A DNA stretch of 58,283 bases, counting the filler, from Basidiobolus meristosporus CBS 931.73 (Eukaryota > Fungi > Basidiobolomycota): the NCBI GenBank assembly GCA_002104905.1. It is 3 parts of 3 records of this genome, joined end to end, with 100 filler letters (N's around TTAATTAATTAA, not from the genome) between each part and the next. Parts side by side here need not be neighbours in the genome. Positions count along the whole stretch, not along the records: positions 1 to 24,083 come from MCFE01000956.1; 2 more parts are not named here. One strand, 5' to 3'. The notes beneath the pieces were generated by a model. It made no database searches and had not been told where the DNA came from. It saw only the letters and a program-made list of their open reading frames with translations. This document shows positions 1 through 11,298 of this stretch, one piece after another. How positions within the stretch are numbered: position 1 is the first letter of the stretch; each line of letters opens with the position of its first letter. Made by a program: the position numbers and the translations under genes.

Positions 1-106
1 CATGTTGGTCATCATCAGTCAGTTCACCAGAAGTAACTTGCTGATGGTTGGGCAAAACGGCACGCACAGGCACGCCTTGACGCGTTGAGATGGCCCTTGG
101 CTGAGT

Positions 107-982
107 TCAATGGGATGCCGCATGTTGACGCGACTTGGTCCGCTCCAATGGACTCGTGTCTAAATGAGCAGTTTGGCGAGTTCTTGTAGTTTTGCTCTGA
201 AGCGCGCGCGTTGACCCGATGCGCGTTGACTCAACGCGGGGCGTTCTGGTAAAGGGTGTTGGCGTGGTTTGGACTGACGTGCGCCGGCGCGCTGTGGTTG
301 CAAGAGATGGTAGGGAATCCAGCGAGGCGTGCTGGTGCAATCTGGACGATGTTGCCCGCGGTCTGTATTCTTCCTCCTGAAGCTCACCATCTGATTCCTC
401 AAGGTATTCACTTACCCTCTGTCTGATACTTTGGAGCTGTTGCCTGGATGAGTCCTGTGTATATTGCTCTCGGAAGCCACTTAGCTCTACTAATATATCA
501 CGTAGTACATTAGTCATTTGAGGCAAAAACTCATTCAAAATCTCTTTGGTTCCCAAAGTTGAGGCACGAACGGACGCGTCCGGCCCGTACTGTGCAAATT
601 GCGCGCGAAATCGTTCCCGCGTGGCTTCTTTGTCAAATCCCCTCACTCTCAGCTCATTCTTGATTTCAATACTTGTCTTGTTATATATCTTTTTACATAC
701 ATCGGCTGGCATCTTGATGTAGAACTCATGCCACAGCTTTCTACTCAAATTCTTCCATCTTTGTCGACTCTCTGAGGTATCTAGTTCTGCTAGATTAATC
801 AGTAGTGCCCAAATATCTGTATGAAGGCTCATCATAGACACTTGGGCCATACTAAAATCATTTGGCGAGAACTCGAACGGATCCAACATCGACTTTTCCG
901 GTCCGGACCGCGCTTGTGAGCTGGGGGATGGGTTTTGTCTGGGTTGTACTAAAGATGAGTTGAGGCTTGGTATGGGGACCAT
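107..982 (-). CDS. Putative Myb/SANT-like (trihelix) DNA-binding accessory protein of the transposon
   Basis: 291-aa ORF. IW...RWKNLSRKLWHEF...VCKKIYNKTSIEIK resembles the trihelix W..I...L...C+.K..N pattern. Low-complexity S/T/R tail. Its position next to the transposase matches Harbinger architecture. Confidence 0.5.
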   Translation of the reverse strand: MVPIPSLNSSLVQPRQNPSPSSQARSGPEKSMLDPFEFSPNDFSMAQVSMMSLHTDIWALLINLAELDTSESRQRWKNLSRKLWHEFYIKMPADVCKKIYNKTSIEIKNELRVRGFDKEATRERFRAQFAQYGPDASVRASTLGTKEILNEFLPQMTNVLRDILVELSGFREQYTQDSSRQQLQSIRQRVSEYLEESDGELQEEEYRPRATSSRLHQHASLDSLPSLATTARRRTSVQTTPTPFTRTPRVESTRIGSTRALQSKTTRTRQTAHLDTSPLERTKSRQHAASH

Positions 983-1341
983 AGCAACGGATTTGGATAC
1001 TTATACAGCAGTATATTGGCATCAACCTGGTCTTATATGAAATATATATGAAAACTAATGTGATTGTTGAATTTTCCATATATTATGCATGATGCATCTT
1101 GGATCGTGTTGACATGGATCAGATCACATCAATTGCAGATTTCCTATTTGATTATAGACCTATGATTAAAGCATCAATAAAAGTACCAAGGCATTGTTTG
1201 CGGATGATTTTTGCAACATAATGATGGGATACATGGCAATTGATGGAGATTTAACCATAATGTGTTAAAAATCAGATAAATAAGGCGGATCGCGCCAAAT
1301 CAATTCAAACCGCCTTTATACGATCATCCATCAATTTTAAT

Positions 1342-2226
1342 ATGACTTACTCATCTGAATGGTCTTTTCTCATCAATCCCATCACTACCACTGGATTTCC
1401 TTTTGACACACTGGAGGAGATCTATACCAAGTACTGTGGACCATCAACCCCAATCTACTCAAGGAGATCCCTTGTTAAGCTTCTCTGCTATTACAAGAAC
1501 TATTGCCCTACAAGGTTTCATCCCACCATCCATGGCAACAAAAGTCCTAGAAGCTTTCATTCCCAGCTGACAGCAATGGAGAACCACCTTGCAGAGGGTA
1601 TGAATGACTTAGAGCAAGCTTGGAATACTAGGTTCAGAAGCTCCAATAGACTTCCATATCCCAGAGTGTTCAGCAACAGGTTCCATATCAGGAGTATTTT
1701 GGATACCTTCCCAGTGAGGATTAACAGACCTTCTAGAGGGCAGAGGCACTTTTATTCTGGCAAGTACAAGGCACACTGTGTGAAGTTTCAAGCACTGTCT
1801 GACATTGAGGGCAACATCATCTGGTTTAGTGGGCCATTTGCTGGAAGTAGGCATGACAAAGCACTCTGGGTAGAGAATCATCCTGAATTCAGTAGAGGGG
1901 AGAAATGTATGGCAGACTTAGCCTATATAGGAGAGGATTGTCAGAGATTAGGATGTATTACAGCTTATAGGAAGCCAAGGAATGGTGTGCTTAGCAGGAA
2001 GCAGAAGCTCTACAATGAGATATTTAATCATTTCAGAGTGAGGGTAGAGCACACATTTGGATATCTGAAGAGATTCAGCATATTGGCAGGTAAATACAGA
2101 GGAAAGTCATATATAGGTGAAAACAGCAGGATAGGTAAAATAGTTAAGATACTTATTAATGCACAGTATGTTCATACAAGAAGACATCCACTGAGAGAAA
2201 TGTGTCTGGAGCATTATGAAGAGTAA
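1342..2226 (+). CDS. Harbinger/IS5-like DDE transposase (DDE_Tnp_4 family)
   Basis: Motifs LDTFPVRINRP (D), YSGKYKAHCVKFQ, GPFAGSRHD, MADLAYIG (D), YNEIFNHFRVRVEHTFGYLKRF (E). Confidence 0.87.
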   Translation: MTYSSEWSFLINPITTTGFPFDTLEEIYTKYCGPSTPIYSRRSLVKLLCYYKNYCPTRFHPTIHGNKSPRSFHSQLTAMENHLAEGMNDLEQAWNTRFRSSNRLPYPRVFSNRFHIRSILDTFPVRINRPSRGQRHFYSGKYKAHCVKFQALSDIEGNIIWFSGPFAGSRHDKALWVENHPEFSRGEKCMADLAYIGEDCQRLGCITAYRKPRNGVLSRKQKLYNEIFNHFRVRVEHTFGYLKRFSILAGKYRGKSYIGENSRIGKIVKILINAQYVHTRRHPLREMCLEHYEE

Positions 2227-2300
2227 ATAAAGCAAGGAAAGCACTATTCTGAGCAACATAAGTAAGATTGAGTAAAATTACCAGTAACTGTATCATACCA

Positions 2301-2412
2301 CTGGCATTGTGGTAGAAATTATAGTGCCAGATAGTGCCGTAGAGTGCCAGATTGATCTGGCACTATAAACAGGCTGGCACTATGTGGCACTATCCAACGG
2401 AACAAGTCTATT
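2301..2412. repeat. Subterminal GTGCCA/TGGCAC boxes and putative right terminus of the Harbinger-like element
   Basis: GTGCC(A/G) at 2324, 2334, 2344; TGGCAC at 2358, 2375, 2385; palindrome AGTGCCAGAT-tg-ATCTGGCACT. Confidence 0.6.
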
Positions 2413-3224
2413 GTACCTATATGAGTATAAGACTCATTATGACCCACATAGTTGGTGTTATGAATCAGGTAGTGACACCACATACACACATACATGTAAT
2501 ACTATTTGCTTTGACTCACCTCCATATCTGTGCTGCCAAAAAATAAAGCAAAGCTTCTCAGGTTCTCTATCAACTCCATTCCTGACAGCAGCAGAAGAAC
2601 TCTTGGACCACTGCTTGCTTTAACATTCAGTGCATCAAGTGAGGCTACATCCAAAAGAGGCCAAGTTATCAGCATGCCCACTCAAGGTATTAATACAGAA
2701 TCCTCAGGCTCCAAGTCAAGTAGGCAGCTGAGTACTTCTGCAGAGCTGCAACCTAACCATAATGCTCAGGCAGATGAGAATGCAGCAAACACAGTATCTC
2801 CAATGGAAGACCAGCAAATGGCCATCATAAGCACCTAATTACTTCAACACTTCAAAGGAGATTCCTCTACCCAAGTTCCCCAGAAGGTCAAGACTCTGCC
2901 CTATAAAAAATCTCAAACTTGGAACTCACCTGATTATCAGCTGGTACTCTACTGGTATTCTGACAGTATTTAGCTGGTATTCAGCCGGTGTTTTTTGCTC
3001 AAATATCCAGTTGAAATTTTTGATGGAAGTAGTGGGTAGCAAATCACCAAATATAGTATGAGTCCTGATTGGCCTAGACTCCTCTTGGAAAATATGTCTG
3101 CTGTCTGCCCAACTGCTGGTACATGAGATAGTGATAGTTGTAAGATTTGAGAAACCTGGAATTCAGCTGATTTTATGATGGTATTCTGGTGGCCTTTTCT
3201 TAGGGCTCTTGAAGGAATTTTCAG

Positions 3225-4948
3225 ACCAGTTCCCAGATGAGCTTGTAAGCCTACCCCCAGTCAGAGATGTTAATCATTGCATTGACACAGGGGTTGGCCC
3301 TCCTGTGGGAAAGACACTTACAGAATGGGTCCATTGGAACTGGAAGAGATGCAGAGACAAATTGCTCAGCAATTAGAGCAAGGATATATGAGACCCAGCA
3401 AGTTGCTATGATGAGTACCAGGACTTTTTGTGAGGAAGAAAGATGGAATACTTAGGATGTGCATTGACTATAGTGCCTTCAACTCAGCTACCATGAAGAA
3501 TAGGAACCCTATACCTTTGAATGGTAGGCACTTGGACCAACTTAATGAGCTACTATATTCTGCAAGTATAACCACATGTCAGGATACAACCAGTATATGG
3601 TGGAACCTGAAGATATCCCCAAAACAGCATTCAGGACCATAAATGGGCATTATAAGTACTTAGCCATGGGTTTTGACCACACCAATGCCCCGGTAACATG
3701 CATGAACATAATGCAAGCCATCTTCTACAAGCACTTAGACAAATTTATATTATCTACCCATATGACATACTGCTATACAGCAAGATGGAAGAGGCTAACT
3801 TGGTACACATCAAAAAGGTCTTGAAGAAGCTAATGGTGTACAAGATATATGGCAAGTTAGTAAAGTGTAAGTTCCTTAAGTAGCATGTTGAATATCTGGG
3901 ACACATAGTGGCTTGCACAGGAGTAACCCTAGACCCCAAGAAAGTAGAAGTTAGTCAAGCTTTGACATTTCACCCTAGAACTAATGGAGTCACCAAGCAG
4001 CTTAGCAGATTGACTAGAAAAATACTGATCAAGTATGCAAATGGAGCTGGCAATAGATAGGACAAGTAAATAGACCAAGGGCAATACAGCTGGGATGTCA
4101 GAGTGCAGAACACAATCCAACAATCACCATTCTACTTAGTTTTAGAATGCTAACCAAAGATTCCAGGAGATTACACACAAACAAGGTTCACAGTTACCTA
4201 AGAGGATGAGCCTAGTCAGCCAAGTAGACACCAGATACTGGAGCAAAGATGTCAAGAGACAAAGGCCAAAGTGTCAAAAAGAGCAGAAAGTATGAAACAG
4301 AGATTTGACAGGACTATATCAGCAGAAGCATTGACAATTGGGAACTTTGCAATGCAAAGAAACAACGCTTGGAAGAAGTTTGAACCCCTGTGGTCCAGAC
4401 AATATCAGATTGTCAGGGAGCATTCATTTGCAACCTACTAGATAGTGGGAAAACAAGGGAATATCCTAAAAGCCTTAGTACATGAATACCAAATCAAGCT
4501 TGCAACACTTACAAGCAGTACTGAGTTATCATGATATTGGTATTGCAAGAAGATAGATTCAGGAGAACCCTATCAGATTTGGTAGAGGAGAATGCAATGA
4601 TCTACTGCTTAAATATACTGGTTATATTTCTGCTTAGACAAATCAATTAGTTTTGTGCTATGCCTATCAGAAGAACAGCACAATCTATTAAAACAGTAGC
4701 ATTAATCAGCAGATGAATCAATAGAACCTTATCAAATAGAAATAGATACATAGAGTAAGATCTAATTAAGAGATGATGATGCTACTATATGACTCATCAG
4801 CCACAGTCTACTTTAGGAAGGACAGTTGTAAGCACCTCATCTGGCAAAGTGTATATAAGGAGCTGCCAGAGCCTCATTAAGAGTCAGTACAATTTATAGT
4901 AAATATAATACTTGCTAAACTCCCCATTCTTAAACAACTTTTATATCA
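3225..4948 (+). mobile_element. Degenerate Ty3/Gypsy remnant (RT, internal deletion, integrase C-half, PPT, probable short 3' LTR from 4827)
   Basis: Fragments LPPVRDVNHCID..YRMGPLELEEM, RKKDGILRMCIDY, EDIPKTAFRT, YDILLYSK, FHPRTNG; many stops and frameshifts. AGGAAGGACAGT is followed by TGTAAG at 4827. Confidence 0.75.
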
Positions 4949-4989
4949 GGATTGGCAACAAATGAGTGAGGAGCTCCAGTGCTTTAGAG

Positions 4990-5900
4990 TATTTGTTGAG
5001 CTGTATACACTACTTTGGATGGGGTATTTCTGGAAAATATCTGCAGTGTGAGCAATGTTTATATCTTATGTGGTGAACTCCTAACATGTTAAAGACCATG
5101 TGAAAGTATAATTTTATTATGTGAGTGCAATGCTGCTGTCTATGCAAAGTAGTATCAGGATTGTTTCTGGGTCATATGTAGCCACCTGCATGATGGTTGT
5201 CAATTGGTAATGTGCTTATGGTTGGCTGCATCCCAGAATAACCTTATCAAAAAGTAGCAGTACCTCCTCAATGCCCTCATTACCAATAATGGTGGAAACA
5301 CACAGCCTCTTCATCTGCAACATTGTCATTGACCAATGAATAGATTGCTATGTTTGCTTAGCTCCATTGAATATTCTTGGCATTTTTTTCTCAATGAGCC
5401 GTATTATTGCTTATTAGAATGTTACAGATAACATGCAGAGTACTTTTATAAGGGAAGATAGGCCTATAATTCATTAGTAAGACTTCTTTTTCAGATTTAC
5501 CTCACAAAGACCATATACAGAAGGCCAATGTTAGCCAATAGGCATCACAAACTTATCTGGCTTGGCTTCCATAAAGTGACAAGTGTCAGGTGGACTCCTA
5601 ACAGTTTCAGCATTATATGTATCCAGTGGCTATCTAGATATTATTGGTACTGTAGTGCCTGATGAATGCTCAAATATAGCCTCTGTGCCAAAACACTGCC
5701 ATGATTGTTGTAGGTATCTTCACAAAAATACCAATTAGTCAGCAAGTTGGAGCTATTATCAGCAGGTTTATTCAGATGGCTGAGGTGAGCCAAAATGTGC
5801 CACAAACTTACCTGACTCAGTTTGCACAATGTGGCAAGTGTAGCAAGGAGCTGCAATATAAGTGTCAAGTAGCCAGTACAATATTGTTGATGGAATAGTG
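4990..5900. repeat. Unclassified dispersed repeat X, copy 1
   Basis: Colinear similarity to 17030-17777 (e.g. CTGGAA.ATATCTG.AGTGTGA.CAATGTT, GGGTCATA, GCATCCCAGAATAAC, TGAGGTGAGCC, CCTGACTCA). Confidence 0.6.
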
Positions 5901-6499
5901 ATTAAACAATTGTCTAAGTTCACCTCTGTGGCAAAGCACCAGCCATCATTGTTGTAATGCTTGCTGTGCTCCCTGCAAGCTTTGTGGCTCAGAGGCTTGC
6001 TACAGTAGCCACATTGTCTTTTTTCCTTCTCCCAATGAGCTGTACTAAAGTAATGTTATTCTTGGAGAAACTGCTGCACACTCAACAATATACTGTTATT
6101 TCATCACTTTTTGTCAAAATTAATTCAAGTTCAAGATAGTCATGTACATGAAACATCACAGTAACAAGAATAGGGAGCAGTGTATCTTGCTCTCCTCAGC
6201 AGTACACTGGAGGAATGCTTTTTTCAGCTTGAGCCCTGGCTTTTGCAACAGATGTCAAGGCAAGCTTATGTCAAGCTATGCTCAAGATTTCTCATGAAGA
6301 ATTTGGCCAAAAGGCAACTCAATTCAGGACCAGCAGTAACAAGCACAAAAGAAGACTGGTATAGTATTATCAATAAGCATACTCACTAATGACCCTCTAT
6401 AAACATCTCAATTTAGGCATTTATCTGAATAGCTGTGATATTCCAATAGTACTTAATGGTACTGGGCTCATTTTCACCAGTGCATTTTCTTCTAATTTG

Positions 6500-8100
6500 A
6501 GTTGCATTTTTTGATGAAAGTAGAGGGCAGCTGGCCTATAACAGTAAGAATTCCAACTGCCCTAGTCATCTTTGGGAATATATATCTGCCTGTCTACCTC
6601 ATAGTAAGTACAAGAGAGATTGCTCACTACCAGTTATAGGAAATGGAATTTGTAAAGTTTTCTAATTGTGTAAGCCTATTCATATAAAATATATTAGGGA
6701 TCTGGCAGGGTACTGTCAGTTATGATTCAATCTTCTTATATTTGTTGCAATATGGCTAAATCAAGCTTTCAGTGGTATGGGCACTTGGTAGCTAGACCTG
6801 ACAAGTCTCTACATGAAATTCTCCACACTCCTAATTACATTGGCTTATTCCTGTTGTCATATTTGTTTCAGTAGTTTATATCAAATGAACTGACTGAGCT
6901 CATTATCCTTAATATCTGAGAGCTTTGATTGCATGAGATCTTCCAGCATTCTTGGTTTGTATCCATCCACTATATGAAATGGTGTTTTATAGCTTGTAAG
7001 GGCTCTTGATGTGGTGAACAATACTGGGATACATCCTCTAGCCCCTCTGAAGCTCACTCCCCCACAACCAATGCTCACACACATAGAAATATATGGCCTC
7101 ATGATATAACTTTTCATTAACAGAGCCAATGATTAAATAAGCTGTTGAGAATAACAGAACAGGCATTATGCTTATCAAAGATCAAGTACAAGTCTTTTAG
7201 CTCATTTTTATTTTTTAGGAACCTGAGTGACACAAATCTAAAAGCTGATGCTGTAAATACAGCAGTTGCAACAAAAGAAATACCTTACAATTAACTCTTA
7301 CAAGAAGGATAGCAAGTTGCAGCAGGAAAGTGCATTTTATGTGCCCAAGTAAAGAGACATTGCATAATATATCAAATACAACCATTTCAGATATTGCAGA
7401 ATGTATGGTATAATACATGAGTGTAGAGCTCACAACTTGGGCTGCATTACAATTAACAGATGACTATATGATAAACAGTGCATGTCAATTGCTCATTGAG
7501 TAACACCTTGATGCCTATATTGCTTTCCTTAGAACAGTTAGCTGCACTGCTGTTTATCATATTCCTAAAGTAATACAGGCAAGGTTGTGACCAAAAAGTA
7601 CAATTGTTTCTTTTCCAGGTTTTTGGAGTGATATGATCTTACTGGAAATCTGTGCAAATGGAGGAAACTAATATATGGACTGAAGCAAGAACCTAGAAAA
7701 TAGTATCACAGAACAAAGGTTCATATATTTCTGAAGTCTAGGATTTGCTTGGCCAGTCACAACAATAAAGAACTTTGTTCCCAAAGGTGTAGAATGCAAG
7801 TTGCCTTTGCATAGAAAGCATCACTAGGCTTATTAGAGATCATAAAAGTAACAGAAGAGCAATTTTGGATGCTTATAGCTGCTCAGACAAAAGAGGCAGG
7901 GGAAATTGACTATTTTACAAGAGCTGAGATTAAATTTGAGCAACAAAAGTATGAACCAACTTGGTTCAATTTAGATACTTCTCAGATGTTCTGAGATATT
8001 GAAACATGGAGAATTAAGAGAATGTAGCCACCTACTTAGAGCTTAATGTTTTGCAAGCAATAGTTACCCAGTTAAGAATGAGAATAGTTAAGGTTCAGAT
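6500..8100 (+). pseudogene. Highly decayed Ty1/Copia integrase-RT relic
   Basis: About 7620-7720 translates as LCKWRKLIYGLKQEPRK*Y (Copia YGLKQ motif). EAGEIDYF..EIKF near 7900. Boundaries are approximate. Confidence 0.45.
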
Positions 8101-10929
8101 GAAACTTATCTTGACATGAGTTGGAGTTAACTAGCAGTGCAGTATAGCAGCTGTACTTCAAGTAGTTACTGAACACCATGAGGCACCTAATCATTGGTGT
8201 ACACACTCAAGTAGGAGGAACCTAGGTCACTTGTTAAAAGTAGACAGAGGGCAACAAGCAATGATAGAAGCATAGTCACCAATACTCAGTTGTAAGTGAC
8301 TGGATATCTATGAAATGCCCTGATGAAATAATTGTATCTGAACTGCTGCTCAGCAGCTAGGCAACCCAAAAGTCAGCCCTTTGCTTATGTTTGCATCACT
8401 GAAAACAAGCCAGGAGTGACTCCAATGCTGCAATATCTGACAAATTGAATGTGAAGGAGCAAGAAAATTATGCTTTTACTTATTGAGCAGTATGTAGGTA
8501 ATACAGCTGAAGTGCTGTGCAGGCCTGTTTAGCAATATCTTGTAGTGTACTGCAGTGGTTTCTTGGTAAATACATAGTGTTCATCAACTCTGCTAGCTTG
8601 GGCATTACATAAGGCAGAAGTAACTGGATCATTGATATAATAAGTGTGGAAGAGTGATAGTCATAAATGAAACATACAATGGTAAATGCTAGTCTTGAGT
8701 TGTTGAGCTTTTACTGCCAAAAGATACCAAACGCACAACACATCAGCATCTTCAGTAACATACAGATGGAATATATAAGTTAGTGTGTAGTAGCTGATTA
8801 TGGTGCTCATTTCAAAGTAGCAATAGAGGAATAAGTCTAAATTTACTGATATGAAGAAGGCACCAAGGTTCAGGCCATAACTGTAGCCTAAAATTGGCAA
8901 GTAGTCTTGAGTTGCTGAGCATGCCTCCAGCTGCTGAATGATCCAAGTAGTATGCTGCTTCTGCACTCACCCTGAGTTAAAATATTTCTTGACTCAAATG
9001 TTTCCCCAAGCTTATCAGATTCTTGGGATCCTGAAGCTTTTTTAAATATATGCCATCACTTGGCATGTTGTGCAGTACACTAAGACTACCCTGTTATTCT
9101 CTCTAGATTTCTTGACTAACTATTGGTGTATATTTACATGCTCAATGATGGCAAGGCTAGTGCTACTGCAGCTATGGCATGTCCATCAGTGAGCTGTTTC
9201 TCTCAATTTTAGACAATTGCTGCATCAACTCCAAAGGTGCTTATTGGAGAGCTCAACAAAAGCTGCTATTGCCTCCAGGCTTACTGCCTATTATCTGCTC
9301 CTGTTGAAATATTTAGGAGCTCACCTAACTATCAATATATTATGAGCAAACACGTAGTTAAATGATGCATGTCAGATTATCAATTTATATATTAGGTTGT
9401 GATATAGACAGTTACATTCATGTAGTTCTGTAACAAGTATAAATAGTGTGTTGCAACTCAATAAAATATCTACTTAATACTATGTAAACGTTTTAATTCT
9501 CTAATCCACTTTCAATACATTTCTCTAATATCTTAACAGCTCCCAAGTAATCATGTGCCATATGTAAGACTCCCAGTAAATACTGCAAATATGCTCAACA
9601 GCTACATATTGGGTAAATGCATGAGTTGTAGTTATTTTTAAGTGCTTGGATAAATGGACTTTACTAGTACAGCTTAACATCAGAGAGTGTCAACTGTTGA
9701 ACTTCAAATTAGTAACATAATAATAAAGTAAGATTGCCATTGTGAATAGCATACATCTGCAAGAATGCTCCAGGAGTGTTAACCATTATCAATTCAAGTA
9801 TTAAAATAGTATTAGGGTTGCAGTACAACTTTTGATCAGGGTGTTCATTTGCTGCTGCCAGTGATGGAATAATGCAGAATGGGGTTGTTATAGCAGAACA
9901 ATTTCATGCATTCATTGTTAGATATATCATGGGCAGTTGAATAGTGCTAAATTACCTGTCAAGGGCTGTATGAGGTTTTATACTGTTCTGTTATATGTAA
10001 GCTAGAATATAAACCTGAACACTTACACAACAGTATATTAGCAGTGTAATGGCCTTGCATAATGTACAAATCAATTGCATGTGACTGCTAAATTATGTTC
10101 CATTATGCACACATTGCCAGTCTCATATACACATACAAATCACAATAGTTGGGGCTCTTTGTTAAACTTGCAAGCTGGATATCTGCTTAACATGCTTGGT
10201 ATTTATAACCCACTAAGGGTATTCCAGCAATAATATCTTCTTGTTAAATTATCTGACTCTTTGGGCTTCTTAAAACATACAGCAACTACTTGTTTATTAG
10301 CACTATGGACCATCAGTAACAATGAAATAAGCAAAATCCTTTTTGAAGTTACACTGCTGACACAAGTGCACTATTTGAATCTACATGATTCTATCAACAT
10401 TGATGGGAGCAGTCCCTATTGCTTTAATGCTTATGAAAGTCCATAAAAAACTTGGTGAAACAAGTCCAGATTGGGTTTCTTGTTTCAAGTCTTGTTATAG
10501 GAGTTAAAGAGGAATAGGGAGTTTAGCTATTATTGTATTCACTAACACTTGAACTGATTTCATTGAGGTTCCAGCAGCACCTTATATACATTTTACCAGA
10601 TCAATTGCTGACTAATTGTACTTCCCAATGTAGGCTGTGGCTGATGACTCATTTGATTGCATCATCATCACCCATTTAGATCCTTCTTAATATATCTATC
10701 TGTCTAATAAGGATCTGCTGATTTATTTGCTGACTAATGCTACTGATAAGATAGATAATACTGTTATACTGATAAGCTAAGCATATAACTAACTAATATG
10801 ACTAAAAACTGATCTAACTTAAACATTCAAGCAGTGGATCATAACAATCTAATGATATACATTGCAACAATTAGCTCTTATTGACCCAAAGACTTGTGCA
10901 GGTGCTATCTTGTTTAGTGTAGGTATAAC

Positions 10930-11298
10930 TGTTGAATTATTGGATTATTTGGTATCATGCAGCAGCTAAAAGTTTGCTTAACAATTCTAGACCAGTTTTG
11001 TTCACTGTAGGACTTATTTGCAGCCCCAACTTGGCCAGTTTCTTCACATCTATGATCCTATGATTATTCCCCTATTGTGAAGATGAAATTGACACTTCTT
11101 ACCAAACATTATGTACTAACCCTGAAACTGCTACAGAATGCTCCTAAATGTTAAAAAACCTCCTTACTTAGTATGTCAGCTGTATTACCTCTTCAAAGGT
11201 ATAAACACTGATCCTCTTTATGAATAAACAACAGTTTCACTATTATCACTATATCTTGATAAGTTACTTATATCCAAATCACTACTTAAATTGCAACA
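10930..11298 (+). repeat. Copia A 5' LTR (old copy)
   Basis: TGTTGAA...TTGCAACA, 369 bp, followed by the PBS. Confidence 0.9.

Larger units (their letters stand above)
1..2412. mobile_element. PIF/Harbinger-like (PHIS superfamily) DNA transposon with two divergent ORFs; left end lies outside the window
   Basis: DDE_Tnp_4-type transposase beside a divergent Myb/SANT-like ORF. Phased TGGCAC subterminal boxes and a terminus (AACAAGTCTATT) recur at 33425-33493. Confidence 0.65.

Noticed and set aside
8200-10900. AT-rich, CpG-poor stretch with short ORFs (similarly 14560-17000)
   Set aside because: Probably ancient TE debris, but I could not recognise any motif to support a call.
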